From: an uncultured Chloroflexia bacterium
GTDB taxonomy: Bacteria; Chloroflexota; Anaerolineae; JAAEKA01
Assembly: GCA_963707275.1 (NCBI GenBank)
Contig: CAVPPH010000009.1
Span: forward strand, 133,790 to 197,789
Length of the DNA stretch: 64,000 bases
Reading direction: 5' to 3'
In this document: one piece after another, positions 47,878 to 58,955 of the stretch
Layout: every line of letters begins with the position of its first letter
How positions within the stretch are numbered: the stretch's first letter is position 1
Notes under the pieces: model-generated
The model's input: the letters and a program-made list of their open reading frames with translations, nothing else
What the model was told of the DNA's origin: nothing
Databases searched by the model: none
Made by a program: the position numbers and the translations under genes

Positions 47878-48918
47878 ATGCAGAAAGGCAAGCTCTTGCA
47901 ACTGAAGGTATTCAAGGACGAAACAGGTTTCGACCTGCTGCGTCCACACTGGAACGCACTGCTGGCACGCAGCGCAGCCAACACCCTGTTCCTGACCTGG
48001 GAATGGCAGTCCACCTGGTGGCGCTGCCTGGGCATGGGAGACCTGTACCTGCTGGCGTGGTTCGACGACGACCGGGTGGCTGGCATTGCGCCCCTTTTCC
48101 TGTCACAGGACGCTGACGGCTCCCACCGCTTCGGGCTGGTCGGCTGCATCGATGTCTCAGATTATCTGGACGTGATCGCCGCGCCGGGCTGTGAGGAAAC
48201 GGTGTACAGCGGCATACTGGACTGGCTGTACGGTCCGGACGCGCCTTCCTGGGATGCCATCCAACTCTGCAACCTGCCGCAGACCTCCGCGACCCATCGG
48301 CGACTGCCGGAACTGGCGGCCGCCCGTGGCCTCGACTGTGTCGTCGTCGTGGACGATGTGTGTCCTGTTATCGAGCTGCCGGCTGACTTCGAAACGTACC
48401 TGCAAGATGTGCTCAGCAAGAAGCAGCGCCACGAGGTACGGCGCAAGGCGCGGCGCATCGAGGAAGCGACTGCCGTGACGTGGTATGCCATCGACGATGC
48501 GTCGGACTTGCAGGCCGAGACCGACGCTTTCATCGAGTTGCATCGCCTCAGCACCACCGAAAAACACAGCTTCATGACGCCTGAAATGCAGGTGTTTTTC
48601 CGGGACATCGTTCGTGAGACGCATCAGGCCGGCTGGCTCTACCTCGCATTCATCGAGTTGGATGGGCGGCGGGCGGCCGCGATGCTTGGTTTCGTATACG
48701 ATGGCCGCCTGTTGGTCTATAACTCCGGCTACGACCCGCAAAACTTCGCCGAGCTAAGCCCCGGTATCGTCCTCACCAGCTACATCATCGAGGACGCGAT
48801 CAAGCGCAAGCTGCGCATCTTCGACTTCCTGCAAGGGGACGAGGTATACAAATACCGCTTCGGCGCGTCTGATACGCTGGTATACGACGTGACGATACAG
48901 AAGACGGCAGGTTCGTGA
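47878..48918 (+). CDS. GNAT-fold acetyltransferase of the CelD/BcsL-like family
   Basis: 346 aa, intact. Motif: FLTWEWQSTWW...LSPGIVLTSYIIEDAIKRKLRIFDFLQGDEVYKYRFGA. Confidence 0.7.
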   Translation: MQKGKLLQLKVFKDETGFDLLRPHWNALLARSAANTLFLTWEWQSTWWRCLGMGDLYLLAWFDDDRVAGIAPLFLSQDADGSHRFGLVGCIDVSDYLDVIAAPGCEETVYSGILDWLYGPDAPSWDAIQLCNLPQTSATHRRLPELAAARGLDCVVVVDDVCPVIELPADFETYLQDVLSKKQRHEVRRKARRIEEATAVTWYAIDDASDLQAETDAFIELHRLSTTEKHSFMTPEMQVFFRDIVRETHQAGWLYLAFIELDGRRAAAMLGFVYDGRLLVYNSGYDPQNFAELSPGIVLTSYIIEDAIKRKLRIFDFLQGDEVYKYRFGASDTLVYDVTIQKTAGS

Positions 48919-48996
48919 GCTGTGGATCTGCCATGGTTCGCTGACCGACAACTGTAGTGCGTATCATGCATTTCGTACGCGCGCGCCATTCGAGAC

Positions 48997-49024
48997 CGAA
49001 ATACGTAATGCGTAATACGTAACA
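48997..49024. repeat. Four phased heptamers (CGTAATA / CGTAATG type)
   Basis: CGAAATA CGTAATG CGTAATA CGTAACA. Looser period-7 sequence extends back to about 48954. Confidence 0.6.
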
Positions 49025-49057
49025 CACGCCGCGAACTTCCTGCAAGCCAGCACATCC

Positions 49058-50379
49058 ATGAACGCTTTCTCCCTCCCCACCGACCGCTCGCTACAGATCT
49101 GCATGTTGAGCGTCCACACTTGCCCGCTGGCCACCTTGGGCGGCAAGGAAACGGGCGGCATGAACGTCTATGTGCGCGACCTGAGCCGGGAACTGGCGCG
49201 CCAGGGCCACCGGGTGGACATCTTCACGCGCTCGCAGGACTCCTGCGTGCCGCGCGTCTGCCATGACCTGGGCGACGGCGCGCGCGTGATCCATATTCCT
49301 GCCGGCCCGGAGATCCCTGTCAGCAAAGAGACGATCTACGACCACATGCCGGAGTTCGTCGCTGGTGTTCGCGAGTTCGCGCAGTCCAACCAGCGGCGCT
49401 ACGACGTCATCCACAGCCACTACTGGCTGTCGGGCGTCGCGGCCGGGGAACTGAGCCAGAGCTGGGGCGGCATTCCCGTCGTCCAGATGTTCCACACCCT
49501 CGGTCACATGAAGAACCAGATCGCACAGGCGCCGCACGAGGTTGCCAGCCAGCAGCGCATCGATACGGAGCAGGCCATCATGACCTCGGCTGACAGAATC
49601 GTCGCCGGCAGCCCGCTGGACAAGGCACAGATGGTCTGGCTCTATGGGGCCGACACTCACAAGATCGACGTGATCCCGCCCGGCGTCGATCTGGCCCGCT
49701 TTCGCCCCATCGACCCGCTGGAGGCCAAGGCTGAGATCGGCGTGCCGGCTGAGAAACGCATGGTGCTCTTCGTTGGCCGCATCGAGCCGCTGAAAGGCAT
49801 CGACACCCTCCTGCGCGCCATGAAACAGGTTGCTGCAGACTGTGGCGGCTGCGAAGGACTGACCGTCGCCATCGTCGGCGGCGATCCGTCGGAGTCCGAA
49901 GAGCAGATGACCGCCGAAATGGCCCGGCTGCACCGCCTGCGCGCCGAGCTGGGCATCGAGGATCTGGTCACCTTCCTGGGCAAGCAGCGACCAGGATACC
50001 CTTCCCTTCTACTACTCAGCCGCCGAGGTCGTGGTCATGCCCAGCCACTACGAGAGCTTCGGCATGGTCGCGCTGGAGGCGATGGCCTGCGGCACGCCGG
50101 TCATCGCCAGCCGCGTCGGCGGACTGAAGTTCAGCGGTCGTCCACGGCTACACCGGCCTGCATGTGCCGGTCGCCAATCCCAACGCGCTGGCCGGCGCCA
50201 TCACCCGCGTGTTGAAGAACGACGCCCTGCGCTGGGAGCTGGAACGCAATAGCCAGCGCATCGCCCAGAACTATAGCTGGCACAACATCTCGTGCCAGGT
50301 ATTCGATCTCTACACAGCGGTCATCGCAGCCCGTGACGCGCGCCGGGAGGCGGTCGCTGAGCTTCTGCCAGCGCTGTGA
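49058..50379 (+). pseudogene. GT4 glycosyltransferase (MshA-like), two +1 frame breaks (~49985 and ~50140)
   Basis: GGKETGGMNVYVRDL and [29 protein letters not shown]. The fragments are 49058-, 50031- and 50164-50379. Frames go 2->0->1. Confidence 0.8.
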
Positions 50380-51518
50380 CCCGCTTTCTCTTCGTATCTC
50401 TTCCCCTCGCGGGGCACATCGACTGGGGCGGCATGTTGGCGACAGCCGGCGAGTTGGCCACGCGCCCAGGACACGCCGTTGCGTGGGCCAGCGGTCGTGC
50501 GGTCGCGCCGGCGATCGAGCGCTCCGGCGTCGAATTCCTCCAGTTACGGCACACCGGCTGGACCGATGCGGCGTCCGCGCCGGATGGTCTGACGGCGGAA
50601 GGGCGCCAGCAGCGCGCACTGGATGCCTGGCTGGCCAGCGAGCCGGTGCTGGCCGCGGCGCGCGATCTGAACGAGATCGCGGCCGGCTGGCAGCCTGACG
50701 TGATCATCACCGATCCGTACGCTGCTGCCGGGGCGTTGGTGGCCGAGAAACGCGGATTACCACTGGTCGTTTGTGGCCGGCCTGCGTTGGCGTCGCAAGC
50801 GCAGCCGAAACAGCCGGCCAGCCCGGCCGCAGCGCGGATCGTCGCGCTGTGTCGCGGCTTCGGTGTCAGCGGCGACGCCTGGGATCTCGTCTCCGGACAG
50901 GTTCGCTCCTCTTCCCTGCATCTCGACTTCTTCGCTCCCCGGTGGTATGCCGACGTACCAACCCTTGGCCCGCAGACGCGCTTCTTCGGCAGCGGCTTGC
51001 CAGCCGGCCAGCCCGCCACAGCGCGCTCGAACACGATCCTCATTACTCTGGGAAGCTTGTTTACTGACGATCCGGCCTTCTTCCGCATCGCGGCCGCGGC
51101 GGTGCTGGCCGAAGGCGGCCGGCCGCTGGTGGTCACGGGGCGGCGCGGCGACGCGGCAACGTCCCTCGGCTTGCCGCCTGGCGTCGAGGTCACCGATTGG
51201 GTCGACTTCGACACAGTGTTGCCCGGCGTGGCCGGCGTCATCCATCACGGCGGGGTAGGCACGACCCACGCGGCTTTGCGCCACGCGGCGCCGCAGGTGG
51301 CCGTGCCGCACGCCGGCGACCAGCTAGCGCAGGCCGGCCGCATCACCCTCGCCGGGGTTGGCTACGGCGTGCGCCCGGCCGATTTCACCTCCGCCAACGC
51401 GCGCTGGTTCGCCCGCCAGTTGCTCACCAGCGACCCCTTGCGCGCCGCCGCCCGCGCCTGGCAGACGGAACTGGCGTCGCTGGGCGGCCCCGCCGCCGCG
51501 GCTGACGCTCTGTCATAG
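50376..51518 (+). CDS. GT1 (MGT/UDP-glycosyltransferase family) glycosyltransferase
   Basis: GTGA overlap with the upstream gene. Motif: IHHGGVGTTHAALRHAAPQVAVPHAGDQ. Confidence 0.75.
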   Translation: MTRFLFVSLPLAGHIDWGGMLATAGELATRPGHAVAWASGRAVAPAIERSGVEFLQLRHTGWTDAASAPDGLTAEGRQQRALDAWLASEPVLAAARDLNEIAAGWQPDVIITDPYAAAGALVAEKRGLPLVVCGRPALASQAQPKQPASPAAARIVALCRGFGVSGDAWDLVSGQVRSSSLHLDFFAPRWYADVPTLGPQTRFFGSGLPAGQPATARSNTILITLGSLFTDDPAFFRIAAAAVLAEGGRPLVVTGRRGDAATSLGLPPGVEVTDWVDFDTVLPGVAGVIHHGGVGTTHAALRHAAPQVAVPHAGDQLAQAGRITLAGVGYGVRPADFTSANARWFARQLLTSDPLRAAARAWQTELASLGGPAAAADALS

Positions 51519-51671
51519 GTCCGGTTATCGACCGGACGCTGCCGCCGCGGCACGCTCGTCATGCTGCTAGCGTGACCTACGACTGCGACTGCAACGGCGT
51601 TCCGGTCCGCGTGCTCCTCTCAACCGCGGTTCTCTCCCAGCCCGTACCATGGTATAATCCCCGCTGTGACT

Positions 51672-52826
51672 ATGCACGCCGCAGCCAATGTTGGTATCAA
51701 CGCCCAGCTCCTGTCGGGCGCCAACACCTATCGCAGCGCAGGTGTCAGCGGCTACATCCGCCAGCTTCTGACGCACCTACCCGCGGCCGCGCCTGATCTG
51801 TGCCTGACTGCATTTCTGCCCGCGGGCAACCTCGTGCCGGTGGACGGTCTGGCGCAGGCTCACAGCCGCTTGCAAACCAGCAAGCCGATGCAGCGCATTC
51901 TATGGGAACAGACCGCACTGCCTGGCCTGGTTCGGCAACGACGACTCGACTTGCTGCACGGCGCGGTCAACGTGACGCCGCTGCTCAGCCTTTGCCCGAC
52001 GGTGGTGACTATCCACGACCTCAGCTTTATGCGCACTCCCCAGGCATTTCCTGCCACACAACGCCGCTACCTGCACGGCATGGTGCGTCGTTCGGCGCGC
52101 CACGCCCGCCAGGTGATTGCAGTCTCGCAAGCTACCAAGGATGATGTCGTTGCGTTGTTCGGCGTGCCGCCGCAGCGGATCACAGTCGTGTACAACGGCG
52201 TGGACGACGTGTTTGCGCCCGCGTCGCCTGAACAGGTCGAGGCGTTTCGGCGGGAAAGAGGATTGCCGGAGCGTTTTGTTTTGCATCTGGGGACGCTGGA
52301 GCCACGCAAGAACCTGGCGCGGCTGGTAGAGGCGTTCGCCCAGGCCGGCCAGCAACTTACTGACTGCGACGATCTGAAGCTGGTGCTGGCAGGCGGGAAG
52401 GGCTGGGACTACGACGACATCTTCGTGACGGTCGAGCGCCTGGGTTTGCAGGAACAGGTCCTCTTCCCCGGTTACGTGGCGGACGCTGATCTGCCCTGGT
52501 TCTACCGCGCCGCCACCGTTTTCGCCTATCCGTCGCTGCTGGAAGGCTTCGGTTTGCCGGTGCTGGAGGCCATGGCCTGCGGCACGCCGGTGATCACCTC
52601 GGCGGTGTCGTCGCTGCCGGAGGTAGCCGGCGACGCCGCGCTGCTGGTCGATCCGGCGTCGGTGGATGCGCTGACCGATGCGTTGGTGCAGATGCTGAGC
52701 GACGCGGCGCTGGCCGGTGAGATGCGCCGCCGTGGCCTGCTGCAAGCCGGCCGGTTTTCGTGGCAGCGCACCGCGGCCGAGACAGCGGCTGTCTACCGCG
52801 CCGTGCTGGTGGGAGGTCGAGCGTGA
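51672..52826 (+). CDS. GT4 glycosyltransferase
   Basis: [25 protein letters not shown]. The start could instead be GTG 51666. Confidence 0.8.
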   Translation: MHAAANVGINAQLLSGANTYRSAGVSGYIRQLLTHLPAAAPDLCLTAFLPAGNLVPVDGLAQAHSRLQTSKPMQRILWEQTALPGLVRQRRLDLLHGAVNVTPLLSLCPTVVTIHDLSFMRTPQAFPATQRRYLHGMVRRSARHARQVIAVSQATKDDVVALFGVPPQRITVVYNGVDDVFAPASPEQVEAFRRERGLPERFVLHLGTLEPRKNLARLVEAFAQAGQQLTDCDDLKLVLAGGKGWDYDDIFVTVERLGLQEQVLFPGYVADADLPWFYRAATVFAYPSLLEGFGLPVLEAMACGTPVITSAVSSLPEVAGDAALLVDPASVDALTDALVQMLSDAALAGEMRRRGLLQAGRFSWQRTAAETAAVYRAVLVGGRA

Positions 52827-53260
52827 GCAGCAGCCGGCTCTTGAAGATCGTCACGGTCGTCACGGTGCTGACAGATCTGGCGCTGATGTTCGCCGCGTTC
52901 GCTATCGCCTACGTGATTCGCTACCAGCTTCAGTGGTTCCGCGACGTCGATCCGGCCTACTTCACGACCTTCCTGCCCTACGTCCCCATGGCTGTTTTGC
53001 AGACGACGTTGACTCTGATCGCGTTCGCGCTGGAGGGGGTATTTCGTGTTCGACGAGGCGCGAGCCTGGCCGACGAAATCTACGGGGTGATCAACGGTGT
53101 CACCACCGGGTTCGTGATCGAGATCTTCATCCTCTTTTTCTGGCGGCCGCTGGTGTATTCGCGGCTGATCTTCGTCTACGCGACTGTGCTGATCATGGTG
53201 TTCATCATTCTGGCGCGGGTGGTGCGACGCAGCGTGTTGAGCTATCTGCGCAGCCGACGG
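52823..53260 (+). pseudogene. N-terminal membrane domain only of a polyprenyl-phosphate glycosylphosphotransferase (sugar transferase), cut off at the junction
   Basis: GTG overlaps the upstream stop. There are four TM segments (LTDLALMFAAFAIAYVIRY...) up to ...VLSYLRSRR, after which the frame reads as nonsense. Confidence 0.5.
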
Positions 53261-54303
53261 CACCACCGAGATCCGCACCGCCGCTCGACGACACCACCAG
53301 GCCGTGCGAACGACTCTTCGGCGGGTAATCGAACAGTCCAGCGCGACAGCACGGGCAAGTTCCTCCTCTTTCAGCTCTTCGCTCTTCTCCCACGGGCTTT
53401 GACAAGGTTCTCCTCCAAGGAAATGGCGGGGAAATCGATAGTCCACCGGCACGCAACGCTCGGTCCGGTCCTTGACGTTCAGGTGAAAGGTACCCGCGGG
53501 CCGCTGCATTCGCGACTGGTCCACGTCGATGACGGCCGTCGTCAGGTGATGATCGGCGTAGGAGAAACGTGGCCCGGTGGCCAGCACTGGGCCACGACTG
53601 GCGATCATCGCGTCGCCGTCGTAGATCGCACGCCCCGCTTCGTTGCCCAGCAAGTCGATGATGTAACTGACGTGAAAGCCCGAGCCTTCCAGCACGAACC
53701 GTTGCCGGATCGCATGCTTTCCAAACGCAAAGTGGCTCGCGCTTGGATTCAGAATGAGATCCACGCCGCGCGTCGCCAGGTCCCTGGGCCGGTCCGCGAC
53801 CCACGCGTCTTCGCAGATCTCGAAACCTATCCGCACGTCGCCACATTCGAAGATGATGTCGCCCAAGGGGTAACGTCCGCCGTCCAGGTCGAGCTGCACT
53901 TGAGTGTCCGCCGGCCAAGGTTTGAACCAGCGTGGCTCGTAGTGAATGCCCTCGCTCGGCAGATTCTGTTTGGCGACGAAACCTGCGATCCGCTGGTTCG
54001 CGACCAGGCAGGCCGTGTTAAAGAGGCCCCCACCATAGAGCGAGAGGCGGCCCAGTGACACGGTCCATCTGTTCCTCTGTGGCCGGGACGTCTCCTGTAA
54101 CACTTCGCGGGCCGTCCGCTGGACGCCCGGAGCGTGAAAGGCGTCTTCGCAACCGTAACCGGTGATGCAGAGCTCAGGCAGGCAGAAAATGCTCACTCCG
54201 CGATGCCGTGCGGCCTGATGGCGGCCAGAATGTTGGCCTTGTTCGTCTGCCAGTCCAAAGGTGTCTGGTTCAGCACACCAGCCGCCACTTTGATCAACTT
54301 CAT
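53260..54303 (-). pseudogene. nadE: Glutamine-dependent NAD+ synthetase: CN-hydrolase domain plus the first residues of the synthetase domain. Truncated at the junction and frame-broken.
   Basis: MKLIKVAAGVLNQTPLDWQTNKANILAAI..., LPELCITGYGCEDAF, IGFEICEDAW, ...LFDY..KSRSHG.VVS.SGGAD, ending near 53268. Confidence 0.7.
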
Positions 54304-55729
54304 GGTCTGGCTGCTCCTGCCGCGGTGGCCATCCGCGACTTCGTCTCATGCAAGGTGCCGGGTTCAAGTCCCACTCGGTACCGAGCATGACGTCGGTGGT
54401 CGTAAAGCTGTTCGCCGAAGTCCGCCAACTGGTGGAGGCACCGCTCGCGTGGATCATTCAACGCTGGAAACTGGTATACCAGCTCCCCGCTGACAAAAAT
54501 AGGGACCAGCAGATCCCTGGCGTGAGCACCCTCGGGTATCTGGAACACGCAGGGCTGATCGTCGATCGTCACTGCGGTAGGTTCGGCGATTCCCGTCGAA
54601 GGTCATAGACGATGTCGCCCCGGTAATGGCCTTGATGTCGAAAACGTCGTGTCTGCAGAATGCCGGCGTGGAGACCTTGATGGGCTGCTCGGATAGTTTC
54701 AGTTTCGGCTGCCAGCGGCCTTCCTCGTCGCGGAAAGCCGACAGTTTGTAGACGCCTCCCAGCGCCGGTTGATCGTAAGCGGTCGCCAGTCGCGTACCGA
54801 CGCCCCACACGTCGATCCGCACTCCGCGTGTTCGAGCAACTCGATTTCGTTATCGTCCAAATCATTGCTGGCCACGATCAAGGCACCGCCAATTCCGCCT
54901 CGTCGAGCATTTGCCGGGCACGCTGGCTCAGCTCCGCCAGGTCTCCGAGTCGAGCCGTATACCAACGAGTCATGCCCCTGATCACCAGGTTGCATGCGCG
55001 GCTTCGATAGCGTGAAAACGCCCTGGATTGAGTCGAAGGTGTCAACCAGGAAGATGCAGTTGTTCGGCAACACCTCGGCATACTTCGCGAAGGACTCCAA
55101 TTCGTTGGGAAAAGACATGACCCAGCTGTGTGCATGCGTCCCGCGCACCGGAATGCCGTAGCGTTTCCGGCCAGCACGTTCGAGGTTGCCGCACGCCGCC
55201 CACGTACGCCGCGCGGCTGGCCGGCGGCCATCGCTGCCGCTCTCCCCCTGAGCACGTCGCAGACCAAATTCGAGCACCGTGCCGGGTGCGGCCACGTGGC
55301 AGATCCGCGCGGCCTTCGTCGCCACCAGTGTCTGGAAATTGATCACGTTTAACAAGAGCGACTCCAGAATCTGGGCCTGGAGCAACGGGCCGCGCACGCG
55401 TAGCAAAGGCTCGTGAGCGGAATGCGACCGTTCCCTCCGGAACCGCATCGATATCGCACGTGACCGCAGGTGGCGCAGGTCTTCCAGAAAGCCAGGGCGG
55501 AACAAGGGGCGCACGATCGGCCCCCTCCAAGGTGGCAAGGAAACCAAGATCCGACGGCCAGAACTGAAAATCGGCCAGCATGTCCAAGATGGGCCAGGCC
55601 ACAGGCAATGGCGAACGTGCCTTCAAACGGGTTCTCGCGAAAGGTCAGGTGAAACACCGCCTCGCGTTCGGATAGCCCCTGCCTCCAATACCCGTAGGCC
55701 ATCGTCAGCTCGTACAGATCAGTCAGCAA
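54300..55729 (-). pseudogene. pncB: Nicotinate phosphoribosyltransferase, many frame breaks
   Basis: TTG start. Blocks are (M)[36 protein letters not shown] and VWGVGTRLATAYDQPALGGVYKL. The stop overlaps the nadE ATG in an ATGA. Confidence 0.75.
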
Positions 55730-55775
55730 CGCCCAGCCTTCGGATTCGGCTTTGCTTTCATCGCCCGGCTCCCTT

Positions 55776-55798
55776 CTTAGTGTAAATATAACACTAAG
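55776..55798. promoter_or_regulatory. Perfect 8-bp dyad CTTAGTGT-N7-ACACTAAG upstream of pncB-nadE (candidate operator overlapping a -10-like TATATT)
   Basis: Seen directly in the sequence, 47-69 nt upstream of the pncB start. Confidence 0.35.
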
Positions 55799-56023
55799 AG
55801 GCGACCTGTCAAGTCACGCGGATGTTTCGTAGCGGTGGGCCGTCGTAATCGTGAAAAATCGCGCAACACCCGAGCACCTGGCTGTCGGGCATCGCGCGAT
55901 GCGGATTTCGAGTGGTGACCGGGATGATGCCGGGTGAATCATCCTGGCTACGATGGCCGCGGTGGCGTTCATCGACGTTCAGCGTTGAACGCCAAAAATC
56001 AGTGTGGACGCCGAAAAGCCCAC

Positions 56024-56523
56024 CTATCGCAACCGGCGCAGGCCAATTGACTCACGCTGTCGGTTGATTTGGTCCATCACGCCAGGCTCCATTTTCAGGA
56101 ACCGCACGAGCTGCGAGGTGGTGACGTGCAAACTGGCGGCGGCGGCCGGCAAATCGTATTGTTGCGATTCGATAACATCCAGGGCCTCGGCCAGCAGGAG
56201 TGCAAAAATCGTAGTAGTCAGTGACTCGAAACGAGCCGCTTTGGCAACGCAGTTTCCAGCGCGGCGAAGGGACGGTATTGGGCGGGCACGGATGACGAAC
56301 CTCTAATGCCAGTTTGACCCGCAAACGCGTCGTTGCCACACGCCGGTTCTCGTGTTGGCTGACGACGTCGGATGCTTCCGCTTTCACACCGCTCGGTCGA
56401 TGGAAGAGCACGACCGCCGTTTCCACCTTGTTTCGATGTTGGCCGCCCGGACCGGAGCGGCGCATCGCACCGCATATCGCAGTCCCTTGAGCAGATCGTC
56501 GGTGGTCAGTTCGCTGGGATGCA
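56024..56523 (-). pseudogene. GGQ-domain peptidyl-tRNA hydrolase (ArfB / class-I release-factor-like), frame-broken
   Basis: SGPGGQHRNKVETAVVLFHRPSGVKAEAS..SQHENRRVA. The C-terminal tail in another frame ends ...QINRQRESIGLRRLR-stop. Confidence 0.6.
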
Positions 56524-56554
56524 TCGTCTGGAATTCTGAGAAGTAACGTTCCCG

Positions 56555-57251
56555 GTCAGGCCGGAGCCGGTGAAGCCCTGCTCGTGTGGCGTCTCGAGAG
56601 CTGCAGCAGGAACGGCACCGCACCACACCGCCCACGCGTCGGCCGAAGGAAATGCCAGACGCGCTATGGTCGAGCAGGTCTTCGGCGTCTTCGGTGTCGA
56701 CGGTGGCCTGGATTGAGCGGGATGGCGGCCAGCCCCTGGCGACTCGTCCGCCGGAGCTTCTGGTCAGTCCTTCGATGGCCCATTTTAAGGCGAATGCGGC
56801 GAGTTCGGTGCCGTCGTACGGCCCCAACTGGAGGTGAAATTGACCAGCACGCCGCTCCCCCGCCTGAATCATGGCCGGCAGGAAATGCCGCGCAACGTGG
56901 TAGACACCCCGGATGTTCACGTCGATCACTGAGAAAACACATGAGACAGCGCCTATATCCCCACAGTGGAGCGGGCGGATTGATCAAGGCGGCATTGTTC
57001 AAGAGCAGATCTGGGGCGTGCGTCTGTGACAGCAATCGGTCGGCCCATTGCTGTACGTCACTCTCGATACTCACATATGCCACGCTGCAAAAAAAATGTG
57101 GCGGTCCGTACTGGTGACTCAACTGTAACTGGGTGCCGCAGGAACCTGACCGCCAAATATCACGATGTGTCCACGCTGAACAAACTGCTCACCATGGCCC
57201 GCCCCAGTCCGCGGCTGGCACCTGTCAAGGCAATCAAGCGCTGTTCATTCA
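56555..57251 (-). pseudogene. Short-chain dehydrogenase/reductase, several frame breaks
   Basis: MNEQRLIALTGASRGLGRAMV, LLLNNAALINP, VIDVNIRGVYHVARHFLPAMIQAG, and KWAIEGLTRS after a broken frame. The 3' end is uncertain. Confidence 0.55.
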
Positions 57252-57603
57252 TGGGTTGCGTTGCTCCTTTGCCGATGATCTATATGCGATCCGAGCTGCA
57301 TGATATAATCCGCACTGGGGGGACGTCTTTCACGCGGCCAGGGGAAAACTGGGTATCGCACGTACGTTTCGGACTTGTCATAACGTGGGAAACTCAACAG
57401 CTTGATTTGCCACATCAGCTGGTTATCGGCGTGGTTGATGAGCCTATGCATTCACCTGGTCGTGCTAATCCTCCTGACGCACTTCATTCGCTCGCCCCAC
57501 GCCAAGGGTTTTCCGGAGCACGACCGGTCTGTGGGAGTGGCTGAGGAGAATTCTCTCAGGAGGCAGTCGAGTATTTGAATAGGGCGGATTCGGTTACTGG
57601 ACC

Positions 57604-58453
57604 GTGATTGAGCCAGCCGCGAGTCGCTGCCGCTGCCCAGACGAACCCCACCTGGCCGAGTTGCCGTATCCCGACGTGGCGTTGCCGAGTCAGGAGCTGG
57701 GCGTTGTTTCTCCGGAATGGTTGATTCCTCAAGCAGACTACGCGTCTGGCGGCCGAGCGAAACTGCCCACGGGAGTCGATCGCGGGAAGATCCTGGCCGA
57801 AGATGCGGCGATGCGACGTGCCTCCGGTCCTCAGGGGCCAGCCCCTCAGGTCTCCCTGTTTGGCAGCGGCATGGCGGAAGGACGATCGTTCATTTTCGTT
57901 GTCGATCGCTTCACGAAGACTTCGTGGGTCGCGGCGGCCTGGGGTGTGTCATGGCCAACCAGGAATTTCAACGGGCACTCTCCATGCTCGAGCCCGTGCA
58001 TCAGTTTCAGATCCTGGCCTATAACCACGATGAGTTTTTTTTTGGCGATGACGACAAGCTGGTGCCGGCCACCGACCAGAACAAACAGCGGGTCGACGAG
58101 CTCCATGCGTGGCTTGGCCGCGTTGAGTGCGAAACCGCCACTCCATGGCCATCATGTCGGCGGTGAATCGCTCGCCCGACGTCGTGTTCCTGCTGACCGA
58201 CGGCGGCGATCCGCGCCTGAGCGACGCGGAATTCCTACGATTCGCAAACGCACTCGGTGGGCACCCACATCCACTGTCTGCTCCGGTTTCTCCAACCGTG
58301 CCCTGGGACAGAGAGAAGACGTTCCTGCACCGCTCTCTCGCAGACGGCGGCAGCTATCGCTACATCGACGTATCGCGTTTGTGCCGGAGGCGGGTAGCTC
58401 GGGCCCTCTGCCGGCGCACGTTGGGGGCGGGGGAAGATCGGTGGGCACGTTAA
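57604..58453 (+). pseudogene. von Willebrand factor A domain protein, frame-broken, start uncertain
   Basis: GRSFIFVVDR, HQFQILAYNHDEFFFGDDDKLVPATDQNKQRVDELHAWL, PDVVFLLTDGGDPRLSDAEF, GGSYRYIDV. Confidence 0.5.
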
Positions 58454-58955
58454 GCGTGCGGGATATCGCCGGAAACGCGACACGCGTTCGCGGCACATCC
58501 TCGAGCAGGACAAGACCCCATTCGTTGTCGTGACCTTCCCGCAAGTGCTGTCGAAACAGCTTGCGGTCGCCGGGTTTGGCCGGCTGGATCAGGGGAGAAG
58601 CTGCGTACGGCTCCAAAAAAACCTCTCCCAGCCTGGCGGTGCCGTTTCGCGGCTGGGCTTTTACTGATGAGCGTCGCTTTGGTAGTCCATTGTCACATTC
58701 TCAACCGTGCCACGGCTCGATGATCGAGAACCGAAGATGAACGGGCGAGACCCCTACCCCCACAAACAGGCAGGCGCGCACGCCACTGGGCCATGTGGCG
58801 GGGGCAAAAGGTACGCTATTTGACGGAAATACGCTTAGCGGGCCATTGGCAAAGCTGCCATGGGACGTCATTGTTGGCTATCGCTGGTCGAGAGGACATC
58901 CCCGCTTGCGACACGCCCTGATCTGCTCCTACTGAAAGGTCCCAAGCGACATCAA

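Noticed and set aside
52793-54457. 554 aa minus-strand ORF taken as one gene
   Set aside because: Only the part above ~53,260 is nadE, and that part is itself frame-broken. The part below is the antisense shadow of the sugar-transferase membrane domain. The ORF bridges the suspected chimeric junction by chance.
57245-58616. Small ORFs 57245-57451 (-) and 58152-58616 (-), and a TGATATAAT element at 57299-57307 (+) with no obvious downstream gene
   Set aside because: The ORFs have no recognisable family features. They lie in heavily frame-broken sequence or antisense to the vWA gene. The promoter-like element cannot be tied to a product from sequence alone.
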